This document shows positions 50,801 to 62,800 of a stretch of DNA of 64,000 nucleotides, one piece after another; position 1 is the stretch's first letter; every line of letters begins with the position of its first letter. The DNA is from Bilabrum cf. latius (lineage: Eukaryota). The notes beneath the pieces were generated by a model. That model did not search any database. It was not told the DNA's origin and worked only from the letters and a program-made list of their open reading frames with translations. The stretch spans positions 248,001 through 312,000 of the forward strand of contig OZ237738.1 in assembly GCA_965178125.1 (NCBI GenBank). The letters run 5' to 3'. A program made the translations under genes and the position numbers.

Positions 50801-53800
50801 GTTTCATCGTGGATGTACGCGTGGTCGCAGAGGCTCTGCGCGGCAGTCGGCTGGTTCGGCTGTACAACAACGGCTTGTTCGTGCGTTGGCCCCTGCGGGA
50901 GGGCAGCGGTACTCAGATCGGCAGTGCTGACTCGATGGACGAGATGGACCCCTCCACTGACATCGAGGTGTCCCAGAATGTAGGACGCGGCGGCCAGCTG
51001 ATCGGAACTACCAACAGCATGGCCTGGAACAGGGGTCTATTGCAGCTGGGCAACCAGGCCGGTGATGCTGTGCGGTCTCTGGCCGCGATGCCTCTGCTCG
51101 GGGATGCGGGGTTCACCATGATGGCTTGGGTGTACGCTAGCACACCTGCCACGAGTGGCGGCTGGGCAGGTGGATCAGTGCCCGGCGTATCTCCAGTACC
51201 ATCCGATGCCATCGACAACACCATCGTGGAGGTGGTAGGTGTGAACTCCACTGGCAGCAGCGGCGGGCTGGCGGGTCGCGGCGAGGGCGCAGTCCTCGGC
51301 GTGGATGGGGCTGGCAGGATCGCGATCGATCTCGGTGGGTCTCTTCGAGTCAGATCCGTGCCTTCCGTTGTGCCTCTCCAGCGGTACGTGCATATCGCCG
51401 TGGTGAAGACGCCAGGGATCGTGAGCACGTCTTCCGTGAAGCTCTTCGTGGACGGTAGCCAGGTAGCCCCCACTGACTTGCGGGTCGTCTCGGTTGTGGA
51501 GCAGACCACTGTGTCACCCACTGCACTGAGCTCCGAGTCTTTCACTGGGTCGGTCAGGCCCAGCTTCCGCTCTGGCACCTTCGTTGTCGGTGCTGTGTCT
51601 GGACCCAGTGCCCCCAGACGCGCCCAGCTGGTAGGATACGTTGACGATGCCCGCATGTACCTCCGTGCAATCAGCAACAGCGACATCACGAGGGTCTACG
51701 ATGATTCGCGCAGGTCACACGTTCTAGACTACTCGCTGAAGTTCGACGGGCGCGGTGAGCATGCGCGATGGCAGTCTGCCTTCTCGTTTGGACCCAGCAC
51801 TGGCACCAGCTCCAACGCTGGCATGACGATCGAGGCGTGGGTGTTCCCGTACAACAGTGCCAGGGAGGGCCAGGTGATCTTCGAGACTAACGATGGTCCC
51901 GGGTCCAACGACATGCAGCTGAGGATCGGTGCATCAGCTCCGTACAACTTCGAGTTCCATGTGCAGAGCAGCTCATCCGCAACAAGGGAAGTGGTGCGCT
52001 CCTCGACGTCTGCGGCTGCCATGAGGTGGACCCACGTCGCGGTGACGCTGGCCACCTCTGGATCTGGATCGACAGCCACCACCACGATGCAGCTGTTCCT
52101 CGACGGCACTTTGTCCGGCTCGCGGGTGCTGACAGGTGAGGCCCCCACCACCAGGTAGCGGGCTAACATGTTCGTCGGTCGTGGAATGAGCGAGCCCGAC
52201 GACGAGACGTGGTATGGGTTCATCGATGAGCTCAAGCTGTGGAGCGTGAAGCGGACTCCGGAGCAGATCGATTCCTCCATGAACGGCAGGGAGCTGCAGC
52301 CCGCATCAGCTTCGGCATCCCAGGCCATTGGCCTCGAAGCGTTCTTGCCCATCGACATTTCGTCTTCTAGTCCTCACCACGACGACGTGCTTGCCGACCT
52401 GACAGTGCTTGAGGACGCATCTGTGCGCGGGCGCACCTTCCTTCTGTCTCGCGATTGCGAGATCGACGGTTGCGTAGTACTCAACCCCAGGTAGCTGATC
52501 AAGACCACGTGCGGCAATGGATTCAGGGATCCCGATGAGCAGTGTGACGATGGCAACCAGATCGCAGGTGACGGGTGCTCGGCGGGGTGCTCGATCGAGA
52601 CTGGCTTCGTCTGTCGGCGCGTGGCTCAGACCGGCGCTGATCAGTGCTTTGAGGGCAAGGTACTGTTCGAGGAGAGCTTCGAGAGCACGAATGCTATCAA
52701 CGCTTGGAGCAGGGTATCCAGCCAGCTGCAGGGCGCGGCTATCAGCACTGACTACGCCTCAATGGGCGCCAGCTCGTTGCAGCTGCGTGCTGCCGAGTCC
52801 GCTTCGGGCACTTCCTCGGTGGTGACCTCTGCTGCAAGGCGCGTGTCAGGTCTCTCTGGCATGGCGGCCTACCCGGACTTTTTGTCGTTCCGGTACTTTA
52901 TCCGCAACTCAGGGTCGAACAACATCATCTCGAGCGTGCCTGTCATGGTGCAGGTGTTCGATGCCACGGGGCTGTCCAGCTCGCAGTCACTGCCCACTCC
53001 CACTTCCTGCGTCAACTCTGGCTGCTCTTCAGCCAAGTATGTGATGGTGTGCATCGACCCCCAGGGCTCCACAGGCTTTGGCGCGCAGCATTGCGACATC
53101 GTGATCCGCTCTAATGCTGACGGTGCCTACCCACCCGGGCATGGCGCCAGCGGTGCAGCCAGCTTCTTCTACGCCAACATCGACATCACGCACGCCTTCC
53201 GATCCAAGTACCAGAGCAATACAGGCTTTTCGCTGCCCACTTAGGTAGAGATTCGAATGATGGCACTTGCCGACAACGGCAACGTCGAGTCCTACGTGGA
53301 TGAGATCCGCCTGCAGGAGCTGCGAGGCGCCGAGGCTGTGGCCAGGGTGTGTCCCCCCGCCAAGATCGTGACCATGCCCAAGTGGAGCGCAGAGATGGAG
53401 GACGGCTACTGGACCATGGAGAGGTCTTACAACTACCAGCTGGGAGCAGTGCAGCTGTCTGACCATCCCACCAGTACCGTCACTTACAGCATGTGGGCAC
53501 GCAATCTGCGATACAACGAGCTGTCACACCACAGCTGGAGAGTTCTGGCCCACTTCCGGACCGACAGCTGGTACTACACGTACCAGGTCTACGCCGTAAG
53601 TCCGAGGCTATCCACGCCGCGTTTAGAGCCCAGGTTTATCTAATTTCTCCCAATGCGTAAGCTTGATTCGACTGTGCTATTCTAGTATCCAACGTATTCG
53701 TTTTTCCCGCAGAGTGGTTATCAATACTACGCCTATATTCGGAGCGGCAACTGGGGACCCCGCTCGTACAACCACATGAACAAGGGGTAGCGATGGGAGC

Positions 53801-56800
53801 ATATTACTGTATCGTACACCACCGATTCCAACAAATAGTCCTACGGTTGCAACAGCGGCACTGCGTACATGTTTGTGCAAGGCGAGCTTGAGGGGGTGTG
53901 GTGCAACAACTACGGCAACCTACGTGCAGACGGATGGCTTGGTGTTGGAAGTTACGTCAGTTCCATCTCAAATAGTTGGCCGCGGACTAGCTACTCGCAC
54001 AATTGGGACGGCGACTTGTCCCACTTCAGCATTTTGAGTCATGCCATCACAAACGCCGATGACGCCCGCGAGCTCATGCACGCCCAAATGTACGTGGACA
54101 TGCACGAGTCGCTCAAGGGGCACGTGTACGCATTCTGGTCTGGCATGACTGAGCACGACATCACCGGCAACCAGGCTGGTCAGGGCGACGTGACTTGGTT
54201 TGATCAGACCGGGAACCACGATATTGACATGATGGGCAAGCATCTGCGAGGTCTTGAGGTGCCTGTCTTCGTGAACGAGCGCGACCACAAGGGGGCTGGC
54301 CTCAGGCATGCACCATCCAACGATTTCTGGGGCGGGTCTTTGACCACGCTTAAGAACCCGAGGCCCACCTCCCGCGTGTCTCGCCTGCGCAATGCACGGC
54401 ACTGGGGTGGCCGATGCCAGATTTACTCGTCTTCAACAACGGACTCGAGCAGCCCGAAGTCCTGGTTTCCCACGCAGACATATACTGTGGTTGTTTGGGT
54501 GCGGCCGCAGTTCAACACGTAGCCGTACTCTTACCCGGTACACCTCGCCAGTTCCTCGAACCAGCAAGAGTTTGCCATGTACAAGTACACTACCTACAGC
54601 AGTGAGTCCCACTACTGAAACGCATAAATACTTCATTGAAAATAGACAACTCGCCTCGAATTTGAATCTTTTGTAGCGCGCGCAGTGAGACATGTGATCA
54701 GGGGATCTCATTACAATGGCCCGTACAGCAACTGGGGGTCGTTCTCCAGGACGGGTGGCAAGTGGATGTAGTTCATCTTTTCCTACGAGGCGTCCAAGTA
54801 AGCAATTGGCCTGTGTGTCGTTTTATAAGTTAATGTTCATGCCATTGCATGTTTCTCTGCCTTGACGAACTTCCTTCTCGCAGCTGCGGCAACATGCGGA
54901 CGTGGCAGAATGGCGCCGGCGGGGAGTACTATGGCACCAGCCACCCATACAGCACTGACTCCACCAGTAGGCAGTGCACAAACCGCGGCAACCTGGGCCA
55001 TGCCACTGCGTCGGGCGCTGCCCACTGGGCCATCGGTGGGTACATCAACAGTCGTGGCTCTACTTCTCAGAGCTCCGGCAGCGCGTTCTACGGCCAGGTT
55101 GGCCCAGTGACTGTGTACGAGAAGGCCATCCTGACCACGTACGAGGCCGAGATGATCTACCGTAACCCGACCAATCTGCTTGACGGTGACCTTGTGGCCC
55201 AGTGGTCGTCCAGCTTCCGGATCACCAACAGCGACTGGAGGGCTCGCCGGGCAGATCGCCAGTACGCCGATTTCGGTGGAATCGACCTGAGTTGCGGACA
55301 CAATACAGAACCCTACATCGTCCAGCCGAACGGTTTGGAACGCCCGTCACTGTTGAACTCATCCTACATCCCATTCGTTGATTTCACCGGGTATGAGATG
55401 AACAAAGCCACTCGATTCAGAGGAGCCCATGCCCGGATTGTCGAGTTCGACGACATGCCAGAGGAGGCCTTCAGCGTCAGCGTGCTGGTCCGGGTGGACC
55501 CCACGCACATGGAGGAGGACTGCATCTTCTCATATTTTTCTTCCTCGTCCCGGCAGTTCTCGCTGTGCTTCCCGGCTGATACCTCCTCGACTAACCCAGT
55601 GCGCCTCTCGCAGAACATGAAGGGATAGATCGGCTCCACCAGCTTCGACTTCCCCGACTCGCCAGCAGGTCACGTGGCCACCGGTGAGTGGGTCCACGTG
55701 GTGATGTCATGGGCCTCCAGCGATGGTATCCCCAGGCTCTGGATCAATGGCGAGCAGCAGACGCACAGCACTCCCATCCTCAGGGGATCCGATATGGACT
55801 CGGGCGGGTGTTTGATGCTGGGTCGAAAGGCCACGACGGCTGTGTGCGGTGTGTCCTCCGCGGATGACGACTCGTTCGAGGGCCATGCGGCCCAATTCTC
55901 TCTCTTTGACCATGGCCTGTCGGCCACTGAGGTTGACGCGCTGTACCTGGCAGCCCCCTCTGGCCTGGAGGATGGCCTTGTACTGGCTTGGCTGAACGCG
56001 GTGCCCGGCCCCGACCCAGAAATGGATTCGGAAGATCTCATGGACCGGGACGAGTGGAAGATCGGTAGGGGTCGCGAGACCGTGAATACTCTTTGGCGAG
56101 ACCTACTTCGCAAGAATCACGGCGAGTTTGTCGGCACCACGAGCCAAAGCCTCATGCCACACTGGGTGCATCCGTCCAACATCATGGCTGGAGCCTGGGA
56201 CGGCTACTACGCGTACTATGCGTACACCAGCTAGTACTTTTCGTGAGTCGCAGACTCTTGCCTATTACGTAGCTGTTTGTGGTCTTATTCCCCCTCATCT
56301 TGCTATGCACCTCTGCTTCTTGCTCATACGCGGCCTCAATCTCGCAGGAGGTGGCATCATAAGTACTGGCTGGACGGACATGCCGAGTTCTACGGAACCT
56401 CGTACAACTCGCGCTACACGTCCATCAGAACCTACCATAATCCGAAAAAGAGTGTGCGCTACTACAATCGAAACAACTACTGGACTTACTACACGTCGTC
56501 TACCAGTGGATCAGGGTCGAGCTACTACTCACCGCTGCGAACCGTGGTCAGCGGACTCTCCAGTGGCACTCTCGCCTCAATGCATTCCGCTTGGTATGGT
56601 GAGAACTTCAGTCTGCTTTGTAATGTTCTCGCGAATCATGAAATACTTCATATCGAAGTGTGCCAGTTTAATACTTCTCTACGCCTTTGCAGGCCCATAC
56701 TGGCAACCGCGCTCTGGACTGTATGCTCACGCGTATGAAGCTGCCGACATGCTCGGGTGCAACAACTCGTACCCGTACGCTGCATCAACTGGTACGAATT

Positions 56801-59800
56801 ACTGGGGCTACATGTGCCTTGGACTCCGGAGCACGGGAAGCAACCCTGGCCAGATGATTATCAACGCTGCTGCACAAGCTTGGTACGAGAGTGGCTACAG
56901 CGCTGGTACGTTCACATCTATCCGCTCATCCATCATCGTTGGCGAGTCCAATGGCGTAGTTCAGGGGTCGGCGAGGAACTACAACTTTACCGAGGCCTCA
57001 CCAGGTCAGCCTGGCATCAACATGGTCGTTTTTGATGAAATTAACGGCAGGGTTCGTCGCATGGCCGTGTTTGACATGTCTTCTCACGGAGCCAATGGGC
57101 CGGACGGTCTCATCAGCCTGCTGCAAGAGATCGAGACGAATGTGACCCGGCCTGAAACCCGCTCTGAAGCACCCGATGACCTATTGGTCTACGTGTCGGC
57201 CATGCCTCCAGTGCGTGGGTACAACAGTACAGCAGCCATGTGGTTCAAGCGGGTGCTCGGGCATTCGCTGCCCTCTGGGCCCATCAAGGCGATCAGTTTC
57301 GTCGCAACGCCTGGTCCTGATTCTTCCAATTTCACTGTGTCTGCATCAGAGACCGAGTATGGCCCGTCCACCGTGCGCCGGGACGGTCTGTGCTCCAAGC
57401 AGACCTACGAGCTGCCTGCAAACATGCGCGTGCAAGGGGCGCCAATCGGCTTCCCGGTGTCATTCGGCACCTCGTCCGGTAGAGCAGACACTCGGGCCGT
57501 GCGAGTGAGCGAGTCTGCTTGCGGTGTGGTTCATGACGGATCCAGCGCCAGTGACGGTGGTGCTTTCAACGTCACTCAACACAATGGCGTGCCAGTGATT
57601 GCCGAGCCCGGTGCCATCGGGGTCAGCGGGTGCAAGGTGCACAAGCTGTGGCTGCGCACCCCTTCAAGCAGAGCAAGGTACGATTCAGGTTGGTTTGCTG
57701 TCCAGTCGGAGCACGGCACACTCTCGCAAGTGGACAAAAGTCATGACGTTGGTGTGCAATCGTTTGCTCATCACGAGCTGTACGGCGAGGTGAAGATCTT
57801 AAGCGGTAACAATGCAGACTTTGTGGCTCCCATGATCTACATGATGCCGTTCAACGATTATTGGAACGAGAATTTTGGCGGCGTTGCAGCTATGTTCAAC
57901 TCAACTGAAGTTTCCGTGATGGCTTATCGCAGCTACAGGTACGGGTACAACAATCGGCGCTACGGCTTCTTCAATCCCTTTGACCAGAGCGGCACTACGT
58001 ACCAAGCCGACAGGCGAGTGGACGGCCGCGTGCGCATCTTCGATGACCTGGCTTCTCCTGACTATGACAGCGGCTGGTTCCACGTTCGGTCTCAAGGAGG
58101 CACAGATTCTTACTATGAGATGTCGCACGGTCTGGGCAAGACACCAGCCAAGGTTCGGGTCATGACCCAGATGGGGGAGTCCAATCAGTGCTACCGTGGA
58201 TGGCATCAGTATGCACTGCCTAATGGACTTGTCAGTGATCTTGTACGTTACGAGCATTCGTCGACCGTGTACACCTATGATGACTCACACGTGCACGTTC
58301 TTGGCCCCGATATCCAGAGGTACTACTCGTACGGTCGGGTCGCTGGCAAGGGGGCCGGCTGGGGCACTGGAGGATATTGCATCAATTACTACGCACAGGC
58401 CCGGGTGCAAGCTTGGGCTGACGATGCCGTAGCTCCTGATTTTCAGACTGACTGGTTCGAGATGCAGTCCGGCACAGGGTGCTCCTCGTCGCTGCGGAAC
58501 CGTAACGTGCAGGAGGTGGCGCATGGTCTGGGGCAACGCCCCGACTACGTGGAGGTTTGGGTGAGAGTGCCAGAGAGCACGCCTACTTATGGTGGTCTCA
58601 TGTTCAAGGCAACCGGTGCAACCGGTGGGCACAGCTACCACTCTTCTGGCACACTCACCGCGTGGTCCAGCACCGTAGTGCGCATCTGGATGTCGTGCCA
58701 GTACAAGCGCGGCATCTACCTCACCGGGTTCGGCGGCGAACGTCTCCAACTGCAGGACTCCATCACTAAGGTTGACATCAAGGTCCGAGCCTGGGTAGAC
58801 TACCCAGGCGGCACTGGAGCCGGTGTCAGTGGGGTGACTGTGAACATCAATGATGCGAACAGGCCACCTGTCCTGCCTGACCTGGTCGTGGATGTACCTG
58901 AGACGGCAGAAAGTGGATAGGATCTGGGCGCCCTGGCTGCCACTGATCCCGATGGCACGTCTCAGTTCACGTATGCGATTGGCACTGGAGACTCGCTGGG
59001 CCTGTGGAACATCGGTCAGACTTCCGGCATGCTTCAGGTCAAGGAGTCACAGTCTTTGTCCACGAACGATGGACAGATCCGCCGATTTGTCACGACAGTG
59101 TCAGATGGTGCGCAGTCTGATTCGGCCACGGTGACGGTGCGCCTGGAGGACGCCAACCGCCCGCCCGTGGTGTTCAGTGCCGAGATGGAGGTGCCTGAGA
59201 AGAGCCCCTCTGGGACCCTAGTGTCTGGCATTCTGCGAGCCGTGGATCCAGACCGTGGCGACTCGATCCTGTACTCGATTGTCGGCGGCAACATTGGCAA
59301 CACGTTCCGCATCGCCGGTTGTGGTGGCGAGCTTCGCGTCGGAGATTCCTCTCTCCTGGACGTGGACCTGTACGAGGAGTTCCTGCTGGAGATCCTGGTG
59401 CAAGACGATGGTGTGCCGGCTCTGAACTCCACGGCATTCGCTCGTATCCGAGTATTGGACGTGAACGAGCCCCCGATCTGCACATAGCTCACCCGTAATG
59501 TGAGCGAGACGGCAGTGGTCGGCTCTGCAGTGGGCATGCCGCTCGATGCATACGAGCCCGAGGGCCAAGACCTGCTTTGGGAGCTGTCGTACGGCAACGA
59601 TGACGGTACTCTTGAGATTGACCGATTCACCGGACAGGTTTCCATCAAGCGTGCTGGTGTGCTCGACTTCGAGACTGCTCGCGAGCGAGTCGTCGGATAC
59701 GTCGCCACTGATGTAGGTGCGCCGCCTCTGTCCTGCCAGGGTCAGCTCAGGATTGATGTCTTGAATGCAAACGACGCGCCTGTTGTGGCCATCAACCCGA

Positions 59801-62800
59801 CTCTGAACGTGCTGGAGAACCAAGAATCTGGTCGGGAGATTGGCCGTTTCTCGCTTGTTGACCAGGACGTGTCCGCTGGTGATGTGGTGACCATCACGAT
59901 CACGCCAGGCACTGAAGGATACGACGAGGTCTCGATCCTCCATGACCCCAAGTCGTAGCAGGCTGTTGTGAGGGCCCGCGGTGTGGCCAATCTCGACTAC
60001 GAAAGGAAGCCAACCTTGAACGTGCAGTTCCGTGCCACGGATGCAGGCGGGCCAACTGGCGCCCAGACCACCCCCCAAGTGGTCACTGGTACTCTTCGTA
60101 TCCTTCTGATTGACGGCAATGACCCTCCTGTGTTCCTTACCCCCAACACCACCCGGTTCATCGTTGGCGAGAATGCAGTCCCTGGCACTCCTCTGCAGGG
60201 GCCGTACATTCGGGCTGCCGACCCTGAAGGCAACGAATTCGAGTTCCAAGTGGTGCAATACGACGATGCCACCCAGCAATACTTCGTGGAGGATGAAGTA
60301 AGGCAAACTTGCCTCGATGCGGAGGTGGATGCTGCCCTGAGCACAGACTCTGGACCTGTAGGAAATGCTACCTCTGAGATCGTGACGCTGTGCCGGGACG
60401 ACAGACCCAAGACAGCCTTCGCCATCGACCCTCTCCAGGGCAACCTCACCGTGCGAGACTCGTCTCCTCTCGACTACGAGACCGAAGAGACCGTAACTGT
60501 GTACGTGCGCGTACGTGACCGCTTGTCGTCCACGATCCAGGCTTTTGACGTTTTGCTGACCGACATGGGCGACCCACCCACGATCGACTGCAACTTTGAC
60601 CCCGAGATCCACAGTGGTATCCCCGAGGAAGTCACCGGGTTGCAGCTGGACACCTCGGAACAGGCGGTGATGGACCACATGATGAACTCGTCTAGCCTGA
60701 CCATGCCCATATGCGGCTACAGAGATGTGCAGGAGAACGCAGATATCGGCTAGACCGTTGGAGCGGCACTTGCGTTTAATGACCAGGACGGCGACGGGGT
60801 GAGCTATTCAGCGATCGACATCATCAGCGGTCCATCGACGTCCTTCGGGTCTGCTTCGGACTTCATGCAAGTGGATGGTGGTACGGGCCAGCTATCACTG
60901 TCCCAGGCACGCCCGCTGGATTTCGAGACGAGTGAACTGCTTGTGTTCGTGGTTGCTGCTCGTGACCAATCTAGCGGTCAGCTGTGGGGCATGCCCACTG
61001 CTATTGCCATTCGGGTGGTCAATATCAACGAAGGCCCCGAGTTCAGCGGAGTAGAGACTTCTGGTACCAACGATGGCCACATTGTCCGCTATGTCGGCTT
61101 CAATACGCCCGCCGGCCAGGACATCGGAGACCCCATCGTGGCTGTGGACCCGGAGGGGCAGACCGTGACTTTCACCAAGGATGGAGGTGACACCGGCAAC
61201 AACTTTTTGATCGACAGTAGCACTGGACAGATCCGCACCAACAACCTCGTGGTTGCGTCTGTTGGCACCTCGATTGCCGTCAGCATCCGGGCATCTGACG
61301 CCAGCAATGTTCGAGAATCGCAATCTGTTCGTATCATCGTTGTGGAGGAGAATAATGCGCCGACAGTATCTACGGGACAGTCGTTCTCTGTGGCTGAGCA
61401 TACGAATGCGGGTGAGGAGTTTGGAACTGCCATCGTGGCTAGCGACCCAGACACAGAACAGCGACTGCGATTCAGCGTCACCGCCGTGAGTCCGTCCGAC
61501 CCTGGTACGGGTCTGTTCACGATCAATCCGGACACTGGTGTACTGCAGATTCGTGCAGACGCCAACCCACTATTGCTAAACTTCGAAACAGGCCCGATAA
61601 CGTACCAACTGACCGTCCGTGCCACCGATAATGATCCCGCGGCCAAGCTCTTCGATGAGGCCACCGTGACCGTGACTGTAGACAACATCAACGAACGCCC
61701 GAGGTGCGTGTTCCACAGCACGCAGGACGTGGCTGCTCGCCTGCAGCAGGAGTGGATCTAGGAAGAGCAGGCCAAGGGCGTGGTGGTGGACCTCAACAGC
61801 CTGCCTGTCTACAACCAGAGCGACGTACTTACCTTGATCGACCCTGTGCCACTGTCAGAGCTCGCACCTGAGAACCAGACAGCGGGTGTGCTCCGATGCA
61901 CGGATGAGGACGGCGACGATGTGACCATTTCACTGGCTGCAACTGGCAGCAGCAACTCGATGTTCAGCCTGATGCCGTATGGCAACTCGTCGCACACGCT
62001 GTTCACCAGTGGTGCTGAGGTGAGGCAGGTGCTTCGGGTGCGAGGGCAAAGCGGGCTGGACTTCGAGAGCCTGCCTGACTATGACACGACACTGTCAACT
62101 GCGGACCCGCGCTGGCCCACTGAGCCTGTGTCTAGAGCACACAAGATCACCTTGAATGTGGAGGACGCCTCGGGGTCTGGCACTTTCGTGGTGGACCTAC
62201 CTCTGAGAGATGCCAACGAGGAACCCACTGTGACCGCTAGCCTGAACATCGTGGCCGAGGATGCCCCTGTTGGCACCGTGGTTGGCACTGTTGTTGTGGT
62301 GGATCCCGATGCTGGGGACAGCTACGAGGTCCAGGCTACTGTTGCGAACTACGATCAGCTGTTCTCATTCAACGCAGAGACGCAGGAGATTGTGCTGGAG
62401 GGTGAGCTGGACTACGAGCGTGAGCAGTTCTACAGCCTGTCTGTGACTGCCACTGACTCAGGCGGTCTGGTTGGGCAAACGACTGTGAGCATGGGTGTGA
62501 CGAACGTTAATGACATCACCATCGATGACGTGCAGGGCGAGTTGCCGCTGAGCACGGACGGATCCTCTGCGATCGAGGTGGTCGGCACTAACCTGGGATA
62601 CTTCAACACATCCAAGAACCCCGACATCAAGGTGTCCTTCGGCCCGCTCGGTGACATCGAGCGCTTCCAAGCGCGTGACTGCGTTGTTACCACGATCAAC
62701 ACCAGGATCCGCTGCGCCTCCACAGATGAGGGTTTCGGGGCCAATTTGCGAGTGCGGGTCCAAGTGGGCGAGCACGTAAGAATCTCAGAGGCAGATATCA

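Noticed and set aside
56128-56692. N-terminal part of ORF 56128..58920 as real protein
   Set aside because: It runs through two introns and an out-of-frame exon; the true frame joins at 56693.
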